IMG/VR virus record: IMGVR_UViG_3300044825_001821
Location: 108,440-172,439 of that record
Origin: a virus
Length of the DNA stretch: 64,000 bases
Direction: 5' to 3' (one strand)
Numbering within the stretch: the stretch's first letter is position 1; each line of letters starts with the position of its first letter. Below are positions 30,055 through 38,588 of this stretch, in pieces. The notes under the pieces are model-generated. The model was given only the letters and a program-made list of their open reading frames with translations. It was not told the origin of the DNA and made no database searches. The position numbers were made by a program, and so were the translations under genes.

Positions 30055-30485
30055 TGAAAGTAGGATTCAACTGTAGCACATTTGATTTGTTTCATGCCGG
30101 GCATGTAGCTATGCTCAAAGAAGCAAAACGTCACTGTGATTACCTGATAATAGCAATACAAACTGACCCTACTATTGATAGGCCAGAAAAAAATAAACCT
30201 ATACAATCAATCTATGAAAGATTTGTGCAAGTCTCTGGTTGCAAATATGTCGATGAAATACTTGTATATTCTACCGAAGAAGATTTATTAAATCTGTTAA
30301 AAACACAACACATTGACATAAGATTTCTTGGCGAAGATTATATAGGTAAAGACTTTACTGGCAGACAGTGGTGTATTGACAACGGAATCGAAATACACTA
30401 TCATAGTAGAAAACATTCTTACAGTAGCACCGAACTCAGATTGAGGGTGCAACGAGCCGAAGAACAAAAATTAAATTGGTCATAG
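30054..30485 (+). CDS. Glycerol-3-phosphate cytidylyltransferase-like (TagD family)
   Basis: FDLFHAGH (HxGH), ERF..V..CKYVDE, YSSTELR. Confidence 0.88.
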   Translation: MKVGFNCSTFDLFHAGHVAMLKEAKRHCDYLIIAIQTDPTIDRPEKNKPIQSIYERFVQVSGCKYVDEILVYSTEEDLLNLLKTQHIDIRFLGEDYIGKDFTGRQWCIDNGIEIHYHSRKHSYSSTELRLRVQRAEEQKLNWS

Positions 30486-30488
30486 TTA

Positions 30489-31565
30489 ATGAAAATTTGC
30501 ATACTTGGCGACACGCATTTTGGAATGCGAAATGACTCATTGGATTTTCATAAATACATTGAGAAGTTCTACGAGAACACGTTCTTTCCATACCTAAAAG
30601 AAAATGGTATTACTACCGTTGTACAACTTGGCGATCTATTCGACCGCCGTAAGTACATTAATTTCAATTCACTCTATTTGTGTCGTAAATTTTTCTTTGA
30701 TAAACTTAGAGAAAACAACATCACGTTCATTACGCTTCTTGGTAACCACGATGTCGCATACAAAAACACCTTACAAGTTAATTCATCCGAACTTCTATTA
30801 AAAGAATATGATAATATTACTGTATATAATTCTTTTAGTACAGTTGATTTTGGGGGTATCGATGTTGACATTGTACCTTGGCTCTGTGATGATAACCAAG
30901 ATGAAATTCTTTCACAAATAAAACAATCACGTTCTCAAATTTGTTTTGGTCATTTTGAATTATCTGGTTTTGAAATACAACCTGGTATAATTCATCACGA
31001 AGGACTTGACCGTGCTCTATTAAACAAGTATGATGTAGTTCTTACTGGTCACTATCACCACAAATCAACCGATGGTTCTATCACGTATGTTGGTACGCCA
31101 TACGAAATGTTTTGGTCAGACTACAATGACCCACGTGGTTTTCATATCTTCGATACAGATACACGTGAATTGGAGTTCATACAAAATCCATATCGCATGT
31201 TTTACAAATTAAATTATAAAGATGATTTGGAACACTTTGCTGAAGGATATACATCATCGTGTATGGACTATTCAATCTATGAAGGCTCTTATGTTAAAGT
31301 GGTTGTTTTGACTAAATTGAATCCATTTCTCTTTGATATTGTGATTGATAATTTATACAAGGCTGGTGCTGCTGATATATCTGTCGTAGAAGATTTTACT
31401 GAGGTAGAAAATAATACCGATGAAGAACTAGTTGACCGTGCCGAAGATACCATGACCATTCTATCAAAATATATTGATAACCTGACATTAAATGTCGAGT
31501 CTGATAAACTAAAGAAAGTGGTACAAGAACTCTACGTAGAAGCATTGAATACCGAGACTGAATGA
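30489..31565 (+). CDS. gp47: Recombination endonuclease subunit gp47 (Mre11-like)
   Basis: GDTHFG, LGDLFDRRK, GNHD, GHYH. Confidence 0.97.
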   Translation: MKICILGDTHFGMRNDSLDFHKYIEKFYENTFFPYLKENGITTVVQLGDLFDRRKYINFNSLYLCRKFFFDKLRENNITFITLLGNHDVAYKNTLQVNSSELLLKEYDNITVYNSFSTVDFGGIDVDIVPWLCDDNQDEILSQIKQSRSQICFGHFELSGFEIQPGIIHHEGLDRALLNKYDVVLTGHYHHKSTDGSITYVGTPYEMFWSDYNDPRGFHIFDTDTRELEFIQNPYRMFYKLNYKDDLEHFAEGYTSSCMDYSIYEGSYVKVVVLTKLNPFLFDIVIDNLYKAGAADISVVEDFTEVENNTDEELVDRAEDTMTILSKYIDNLTLNVESDKLKKVVQELYVEALNTETE

Positions 31566-33271
31566 TATTATTTAAACGTCTGCGTTGGAAGAATCTACTT
31601 TCAACGGGCAACCATTTTACTGAAATATTACTGAATGGTAACCCTAACACACTCATCGTTGGAACAAATGGCTCAGGTAAGTCAACGATGCTTGACGCTT
31701 TGTGCTTTGGTTTGTTTGGTAAGCCTTTTCGTTCAATTAACAAACCAAACCTTGTAAATTCAATTAACAGTAGAGACACTGTAGTAGAGATTGAATTTTC
31801 TATTGGTAATAAAGAATATAAGATCGTTCGTGGTATCAAACCGAATGTGTTTGAGATATATCAAGACAAGGTTTTGCTGAATCAAGATGCGGCTGTAAGA
31901 GATTATCAAGACTACTTAGAGAAGTTTATTCTCAAACTAAACTATAAGTCTTTCACACAGATCGTGATTCTTGGTTCAGCATCCTTTACGCCGTTTATGC
32001 AATTGTCGGCTGCTGACCGTCGTGCAATCATCGAAGATTTGTTAGACATTCAAATCTTTTCTGTCATGAATGGATTGGTTAGAGAAAGACTATCTACCAA
32101 CAAAGAGTTGACAGCAGCAAAGAAAAGTGAGATAGCATTGCTTGAACAAAAGCATGAACTCAAAAAAGAATACCAAGACAAACTCAATGAAGATATTGAA
32201 GTAAAGGTAAAAGAACATGAGAAAGAGATACTTTTGCACAGAGAAACCATTCGCACCTTACATGATGAGATTAACAACTTGGAGCGAACGAAGAAATCGC
32301 TTGACGAAACCTGCATCAAAATTCCTGAAAATGAAAAGAAGATTGCTGCGCTTAAAAAAATTGAGTCACAAATTGAGAGCAAGATATCCAAAGTGGGAGA
32401 TGATAGAAGTTTCTATGAACACAATGCTGATTGCCCAACCTGTAGGCAAGCAATTACCTTGGAGTTTAAAGAGGGGCAACTTACAGAACTTGGCACAAAA
32501 GAACACGAACTTGCTAGTGCTTTAATAGAACTGCAAACAAAAATCACAACGCAAGAAAATGTTGTTGCTGAACTGCGTGGCAAAGAAAAAGATTTATCAA
32601 ACGTTCGCATTCAATTAGCAACTACACAAACCAGTGTGAAAGGTTTGAATGAAACAATCATCAAATTAGAAAAACAAATTAAAGAACTAAGAACACCCAA
32701 AGAAAACAGCACAGACACAAACGAATTAGAAACAATTAAAACACAGATAAAACAAGCACAAGAAGAATTGAAACAGTTATTGGATGATAAAGCGTACCTT
32801 GATGTAGCATCAACATTATTGAAAGATACAGGCATCAAAACTAATATCATTAAACAATATTTGCCTGTGATAAACAAACTGGTGAACAAGTATCTTACCA
32901 GCATGGATTTCTTTGTGAACTTCAATCTTGATGAAGCATTCAAAGAAACAATCAAGTCACGCCATCGTGATGACTTTAGTTATCACAACTTCTCAGAAGG
33001 TGAGAAACAGCGTATTGATATGGCATTGATGTTGACATGGAGAGCAGTTGCTAAATTGAAGAACTCTACCAACACTAATCTGCTTATACTGGATGAGATA
33101 TTTGATTCAAGCCTAGATACAAGTGGTACTGAAGATTTAATGAAGATACTTCATGAATTGAATGGTGTTAATTTATTTGTTATAAGTCACAAGGGTGATG
33201 TTTTACAAGATAAATTTATGAATACTATTCGTTTTGAAAAAGTGAAAAACTTTTCAAGGATAGTAAAATGA
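31562..33271 (+). CDS. gp46: Recombination ATPase gp46 (Rad50-like)
   Basis: GTNGSGKST, CPTC hook, FSEGEK, ILDE. Confidence 0.98.
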   Translation: MILFKRLRWKNLLSTGNHFTEILLNGNPNTLIVGTNGSGKSTMLDALCFGLFGKPFRSINKPNLVNSINSRDTVVEIEFSIGNKEYKIVRGIKPNVFEIYQDKVLLNQDAAVRDYQDYLEKFILKLNYKSFTQIVILGSASFTPFMQLSAADRRAIIEDLLDIQIFSVMNGLVRERLSTNKELTAAKKSEIALLEQKHELKKEYQDKLNEDIEVKVKEHEKEILLHRETIRTLHDEINNLERTKKSLDETCIKIPENEKKIAALKKIESQIESKISKVGDDRSFYEHNADCPTCRQAITLEFKEGQLTELGTKEHELASALIELQTKITTQENVVAELRGKEKDLSNVRIQLATTQTSVKGLNETIIKLEKQIKELRTPKENSTDTNELETIKTQIKQAQEELKQLLDDKAYLDVASTLLKDTGIKTNIIKQYLPVINKLVNKYLTSMDFFVNFNLDEAFKETIKSRHRDDFSYHNFSEGEKQRIDMALMLTWRAVAKLKNSTNTNLLILDEIFDSSLDTSGTEDLMKILHELNGVNLFVISHKGDVLQDKFMNTIRFEKVKNFSRIVK

Positions 33272-33852
33272 TTTTTAATTATTTGTTCTCCAGTTTTTAC
33301 ATACAAGAAAAAGTAAATTTAAATAGTGAGTTAATTTCAGAATATTGTTTGAGTCTAAGACAAAAAGACTCAGGTAGATTTATAACAAACTATGGTGGTT
33401 GGCAAAGCAATAAAATTACTCACCTGTCATCTGAGTTACAACCTCTATTGAGAGAAGTGCAAAACAGATTTACACCAATGAAAAAGTTGTTAGGTCTTAA
33501 AGAAAACGTTTCTCTTTCAATTGGAAGTCATTGGATAAACATAAATGGTAAAAACAATTTTAATATACCACATATACATCCATTTTCTTTAATGTCTGCT
33601 GTTTACTATGCGAAGGTGCCTAAAAATTCTGGTAAACTAATCTTTGAAAACCCTATTCAACATCATGATTATGTTATAGTACCAGATACAGTTGAAAACT
33701 ATAACTCATTTAATTCTGGTGTTTGGAACGTTGTACCAGAAGAAAATGATTTATTATTCTTTCCTTCTTGGCTGAAACATTGGGTCGAGCCAAGTGAAAC
33801 TGAAGAGGAAAGAATCTCGATAGCATTTAACATACAATATGATAACCAATAA
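33268..33852 (+). CDS. 2OG-Fe(II) oxygenase (TIGR02466-like)
   Basis: GGWQS, WININ, HIHP, FPSWLKHWV, RISIAFN. Confidence 0.88.
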   Translation: MIFNYLFSSFYIQEKVNLNSELISEYCLSLRQKDSGRFITNYGGWQSNKITHLSSELQPLLREVQNRFTPMKKLLGLKENVSLSIGSHWININGKNNFNIPHIHPFSLMSAVYYAKVPKNSGKLIFENPIQHHDYVIVPDTVENYNSFNSGVWNVVPEENDLLFFPSWLKHWVEPSETEEERISIAFNIQYDNQ

Positions 33853-34402
33853 AGTATACGTCTTTGATTATATCATTGATGAAAATAAACGAAAAGATAT
33901 GTATGACACTTTGGTGAAACAACACCAAACAAACGTTTATTTAAAAGAATCAAATAACATGGGTGTGAACCACCCCTTCATGACAGAACTCAACGAAGTA
34001 TTCGTACAAAAATGTAGAGAGATATATGGACCGTTCGAGGAACAATCTTTAAAACAAAAAGATCATCCTTGGATTCATGATTCTAGATATGAGGCATGGG
34101 TTTATTTAAACAATAAAGATTGGTATAAAGGAGAAAATATACACAATCATATGCCTACATCTACATATGTTGGTGTATATTATTTGAATGTACCCAAGCA
34201 CTCAAATTTGATGAATGGTTGTTTGAAGTTCTACGATTACAAATGGCATCTGATTGATTACTTTTATCCGAAGCAGGGACAATTCATTATCTTTGAATCT
34301 GATCTGTTTCATTCAATTACAAAAAACAATTGCGAAGAATACAGAATTTCAATTAATCTTGAAATACTTGTAAAGAAAAAATTAAAATTTGTGGAGCAAT
34401 AA
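33839..34402 (+). CDS. 2OG-Fe(II) oxygenase-like protein
   Basis: IHNH, GVYYL, IFESDLFHSI, RISIN. Confidence 0.75.
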   Translation: MITNKVYVFDYIIDENKRKDMYDTLVKQHQTNVYLKESNNMGVNHPFMTELNEVFVQKCREIYGPFEEQSLKQKDHPWIHDSRYEAWVYLNNKDWYKGENIHNHMPTSTYVGVYYLNVPKHSNLMNGCLKFYDYKWHLIDYFYPKQGQFIIFESDLFHSITKNNCEEYRISINLEILVKKKLKFVEQ

Positions 34403-34403
34403 A

Positions 34404-35000
34404 ATGAGTGAATACATTACAATTGATACTGAAAAAGATATAACATGGAAAAATGAAAACATAACTCCTTTACCTGTTCATGGTGAAGATTATTTCATGT
34501 TAGATGTTCGTATCCCCGAATACAAGGGGGAGTTTCCGAATGCGGCAATGGTACATTTAGCCAAACGATTGCGTATGACTATGAAACTATATTCTGGTTT
34601 AGGTTTGTCGGCTAATCAATGTGGCGTTGCTGAACGTATGTTTGTAATAGGTTCTGGTGAATTTCAACTGACATGTTTAAATCCAAAATTGAAAGCACAA
34701 TCTGCAAAAAGATCGAAAGAAAAAGAGGGATGTTTATCACACCCAGGTTTATTTTTAATTGTTGATAGGCCAGAAGTTATTGAAGTTGAGTTCTTAACAG
34801 AGGATGGTGAGAAAAAAGAAATGACTTTAGAAGGAATCACTGCAAGATGTTTTCTTCATGAGTTAGATCATTTAGATGGGGTTAGATATACCAAACTTGT
34901 AAAACCCCTTGCACTTAGAATGGCAAGACAAAGAGCAAACAAACTTGTTAAAAAGATTGTAAGGAAAAATAAAAATGAAAGACTGGCAACACGGGTATGA
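34404..35000 (+). CDS. def: Peptide deformylase
   Basis: GLGLSANQ, EGCLS, HELDHLDG. Confidence 0.95.
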   Translation: MSEYITIDTEKDITWKNENITPLPVHGEDYFMLDVRIPEYKGEFPNAAMVHLAKRLRMTMKLYSGLGLSANQCGVAERMFVIGSGEFQLTCLNPKLKAQSAKRSKEKEGCLSHPGLFLIVDRPEVIEVEFLTEDGEKKEMTLEGITARCFLHELDHLDGVRYTKLVKPLALRMARQRANKLVKKIVRKNKNERLATRV

Positions 35001-36069
35001 TTTAGACTATCTAAAAAGTCTAGCCGAAAAATACAAGCACTACAATTCTTATACATACTCACCTTTTGCACAAGTAAAAAAGAATAACATTGCAGAAGGT
35101 TTGCATAAGGGCACACTGATTCACTTGTATGAAGATACACTTCTTGATGTGGTACATGTCAAATCGAAGGGTAGCATTACCATGCATGGTGACACAGTAA
35201 TTGGTACAAAACAAAAAGGTGATGTTGTATTCTCAAAGATGACAGGCGATCCTAAAATTTTGAACATGGAAATTTCAAAATACAATCAGGATGCATGGAT
35301 GTATGTGTGGGCAGAAGATAAAGTGATGAATGATTTTGCTGAGTCTATTGGGTTTTGTAAAGTTGCACCAAAGATTACCTCATTTGGTGAGATGTATATG
35401 GTATACTATCGTGGTAAGAAAAGAGATTTTCCAAAAGTTGACCCGGCAGAATATCAAAGTATTTGCAAAATTCAAGATATTGATGTATCATTAATTGATA
35501 GTATTGCAGATAAGTTGAATGAACTACCTCAGTTTACAAATCATTACAGCAATTACAATAAAGGCAAATCATGGTCCGCACTATCCCTTCGTGGTTACAC
35601 TGCCGATCCTGCCTTTATTACAAAACCAATTGAGATGAATGATAAATGGAAAGAAGAAAATAAAGAGGTGCATTTTGAAATGCAAGACACACCTTTGTTT
35701 GAAATGTTTCCTGAAGTTCGTGAATTGATTAAACCGTTTGGTCAGAATATACACCGAGTGAGATTTATGAAATTGAAACCTGGCGGTGGTGAATTAGAAA
35801 GACACACCGATCAAGTTGACCCCGACTCTGGAGGTTCACTTGGTAAACTTGCAAGGTTACATTTTCCAATCAAGACAAATGATAAAGTTAAGTTTACTGT
35901 CTGGCATACAAATGGTGTGCCTAGAGAAGTAACAATGAAAAAAGGTGAGTGTTGGTTTCTAGATACACGTAAGCCACATAGAGCAATCAATGGTGGTGAT
36001 GAGGAACGAATTCATTTAGTAGTCGATATAATGACAGAGAAAGATTTACATGCTAGAATTGTTGAATGA
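34975..36069 (+). CDS. Fusion: GNAT-like N-terminal domain + aspartyl/asparaginyl beta-hydroxylase-type 2OG oxygenase
   Basis: C-domain RVRFMKLKPGG, HTD, RLHFPI, HRAINGG..ERIHLVVD; N-domain YVWAED..MNDFAESIGF resembles GNAT motif B (weaker). Confidence 0.7.
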   Translation: MKDWQHGYDLDYLKSLAEKYKHYNSYTYSPFAQVKKNNIAEGLHKGTLIHLYEDTLLDVVHVKSKGSITMHGDTVIGTKQKGDVVFSKMTGDPKILNMEISKYNQDAWMYVWAEDKVMNDFAESIGFCKVAPKITSFGEMYMVYYRGKKRDFPKVDPAEYQSICKIQDIDVSLIDSIADKLNELPQFTNHYSNYNKGKSWSALSLRGYTADPAFITKPIEMNDKWKEENKEVHFEMQDTPLFEMFPEVRELIKPFGQNIHRVRFMKLKPGGGELERHTDQVDPDSGGSLGKLARLHFPIKTNDKVKFTVWHTNGVPREVTMKKGECWFLDTRKPHRAINGGDEERIHLVVDIMTEKDLHARIVE

Positions 36070-36787
36070 TTGGAGTGATCCTAATCCAAAACCTATTATT
36101 GAGATGCACAATAATTTTTATGTTGTGCGTGATGACCTATTAGAATATGGAAGCAAAAGTAGATTCATTGATTACCTGATTAAAAGTGAGGGTAATGAGT
36201 GGGTGTTTGGTGGCGCAAACAAAGTAGGTTGGGGACCTATATCACTAACGCATGTTTGTAATTTATACAATAAAAAAGCAACATTCTTTATGGCCAAAAG
36301 AAAAGAACCTACTTGGCACCAACAAAAAGTGTTAGACATGGGTGGCACAATTCATTGGGTCGATAATGGAATGTTGAATGTGACAAAAGCAAAAGCACGT
36401 AAGTATTATGAAGAAGATACAGTCAATCGTAGAGTGTTGCCTTTAGGTCTAGAACACCCTTCAGTGTTAGCATCGATAGTTAAAGTTGCAAAGAGTTTGG
36501 AAGTAACACCAACAGAAATATGGACAGTAGCATCAAGTGGAACATTAAGTAGAGGATTACAGTTAGCGTTTCCAGAACTGCCAGTGTATGCAGTTGAGAT
36601 TGGACACAAAATGAGTGAGTATGAAAGAGGTCGTGCAATAACTATGCGCTCACCTTATAAGTACGATCAACCTATCAAAGAAGAAGAAGCACCACCATAT
36701 CCATCAGAAAAATATTATGATGCAAAGATATGGCCATTTGTTATTGAACACGCCAAACCCGGCGCACTGATTTGGAATGTTGCATGA
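36050..36787 (+). CDS. PLP-dependent fold-type II enzyme (ACC deaminase / D-cysteine desulfhydrase-like)
   Basis: VVRDDLL..GSKSR (Schiff-base Lys), VASSGTLSRG phosphate loop, YDAK. Confidence 0.8.
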   Translation: MLELLNDWSDPNPKPIIEMHNNFYVVRDDLLEYGSKSRFIDYLIKSEGNEWVFGGANKVGWGPISLTHVCNLYNKKATFFMAKRKEPTWHQQKVLDMGGTIHWVDNGMLNVTKAKARKYYEEDTVNRRVLPLGLEHPSVLASIVKVAKSLEVTPTEIWTVASSGTLSRGLQLAFPELPVYAVEIGHKMSEYERGRAITMRSPYKYDQPIKEEEAPPYPSEKYYDAKIWPFVIEHAKPGALIWNVA

Positions 36788-38358
36788 AATATTTTTATGA
36801 AAAGAATACAGAGTTACTTGAATCAAATGTAAACAAAACATTTGATGAAGTTCTTATTATGACGAAGGATGAATTTCGTCAATGGGCTATTGACTTACGC
36901 AAAAAAGTTGTTTATCTGTGGGATGAAAAAGGTCAACCACCACGTGTGGGATATGATGAACAAGAAATCATCGATCAGTTCAATGAGATGACTTCATTTC
37001 CTGTTCATAAATTTTTGGTTGAAGATGAATACACAAATGAAAAAAATGTAATTCGTAATACAAGTGTGATTGGGAATGCAGTTAATCAATGGTTTCCTAC
37101 CATGATGAAAACACGAATCAATTACACCAAAGATGTTGACAAAGGCAAATCAATATACGATTACTTTGCACGTGATGACTTACTTGATACGTTTGTAACG
37201 TATGCTTCAAGGCATTTCAAACGAGATTCTTTTTATCATTACTCTTCACCAATTCAAGTTGATAAACTAATTCAGATTGGTTCATTGCAGGTTGTACCAC
37301 AAACAACAAAAGAGTTTGTTGAGTGGTTCGAAACTAAAGCAAGAGGCTATGGCACACATGACTATTGGTTAGAACCTGCTGATGAAGATAAAGAATACAC
37401 AGGATACAATGAAGAGTTGAAGAATCAAAAGTATTTGTTTGTTTCACGTGATGAAATTATTGATTTGAACATACCTGTTCATTGTATAACAAATATTGAT
37501 GCCAAGGAAGGTGTCAACACATATAGAATTAGACTATATGAAAAAGAACAAAAACTTTTTCCTGTAGGTCTTAAAGCTTTCCGTGTGTCGTTCTGTCAGT
37601 ATGCGGTTAATTTTCCTCCATTGACAGCCAAATACTTGTATGAACGATACACGGAGCCTTTTAAAAATCAAGAGCAAATAATCATATACGATCCATCTTC
37701 TGGTTGGGGTGGTCGTTTACTTGGCGCATTGTCGGTTGACGATAATCGAAACATACATTACGTGGGAACTGATCCTAACACAGATCATAACACCCACAGC
37801 GGTAGAACAAAGTACCATGAGTTCGCTGACTTTTTTAATACGAACACGTACAGAGCGACTGGTTTGTTTCCTAAAACACACACATATGAAATCTTTCAAC
37901 ACGGTTCTGAAGAAATACACAATGATCCTGCGTTTCAAAAGTATAAAGGTAAGTTAGATTTGATCTTTACTTCACCACCATACTTTGCTAAAGAAGCCTA
38001 CTCTGAAGATGACGCACAATCGTATAAAAAATTTAGTCAATATGATTTGTGGCGTGATGGATTTCTTCGTAAGACATTAGAAACTTGTGCCGAGTATCTA
38101 AAGAGTGATCGATATCTGTTATGGAATATTGCTGATGCAGTGTTTGATAGTGAAATGCTTCCACTAGAACAAGATTCAATTGATATACTTACCGAGTATG
38201 GATTGATCTATAAAGGCAAACTGAAAATGTCACTGGCACAAATGCCAGGAGGCAATCGTGTTGACTCAGAGACAGGACTACCTAAAGCAAAAAACTTTTG
38301 CAAAGTTAATAACATGTGGCTCAAATACGAACCTATTTTTGTCTTTTATAAACCTTGA
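36784..38358 (+). CDS. SAM-dependent amino-(N4C/N6A) DNA methyltransferase-like protein
   Basis: Motif I YDPSSGWGGR, GTDPN, motif IV DLIFTSPPYF. Confidence 0.82.
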   Translation: MKYFYEKNTELLESNVNKTFDEVLIMTKDEFRQWAIDLRKKVVYLWDEKGQPPRVGYDEQEIIDQFNEMTSFPVHKFLVEDEYTNEKNVIRNTSVIGNAVNQWFPTMMKTRINYTKDVDKGKSIYDYFARDDLLDTFVTYASRHFKRDSFYHYSSPIQVDKLIQIGSLQVVPQTTKEFVEWFETKARGYGTHDYWLEPADEDKEYTGYNEELKNQKYLFVSRDEIIDLNIPVHCITNIDAKEGVNTYRIRLYEKEQKLFPVGLKAFRVSFCQYAVNFPPLTAKYLYERYTEPFKNQEQIIIYDPSSGWGGRLLGALSVDDNRNIHYVGTDPNTDHNTHSGRTKYHEFADFFNTNTYRATGLFPKTHTYEIFQHGSEEIHNDPAFQKYKGKLDLIFTSPPYFAKEAYSEDDAQSYKKFSQYDLWRDGFLRKTLETCAEYLKSDRYLLWNIADAVFDSEMLPLEQDSIDILTEYGLIYKGKLKMSLAQMPGGNRVDSETGLPKAKNFCKVNNMWLKYEPIFVFYKP

Positions 38359-38383
38359 CAAGTAAAACCACCTCTGCTACACT
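38355..38383 (+). promoter_or_regulatory. Sigma70 promoter TTGACA-17-TACACT (extended TG)
   Basis: TTGACA 38355-60; TGcTACACT to 38383. Confidence 0.8.
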
Positions 38384-38414
38384 GGTACAGTGATAGATGA
38401 ATGAGGAGGCAAAC

Positions 38415-38573
38415 ATGTCAGAATTGCAAGATTTTGTTGACGAAAATGAAATAGGTTATCAATTTGCTTTACTTGATGTCAAAAATGCAATAGATACATA
38501 TGGTATCGAAATAGTATTTCAAGCCTTGGACTTGACAAGTATTTCCATACCTGATAAAATGGTTATTCAATGA
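38415..38573 (+). CDS. Small acidic early protein (52 aa; not in the ORF track)
   Basis: MSELQDFVDENEIGYQFALLDVKNAIDTYGIEIVFQALDLTSISIPDKMVIQ; GAGGAGG RBS behind a promoter. Confidence 0.65.
   Translation: MSELQDFVDENEIGYQFALLDVKNAIDTYGIEIVFQALDLTSISIPDKMVIQ
38532..38560 (+). promoter_or_regulatory. Sigma70 promoter TTGACA-17-TAAAAT (extended TG)
   Basis: TTGACA 38532-37; TGaTAAAAT to 38560. Confidence 0.8.
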
Positions 38574-38588
38574 TGCAAGGGTTATCAA

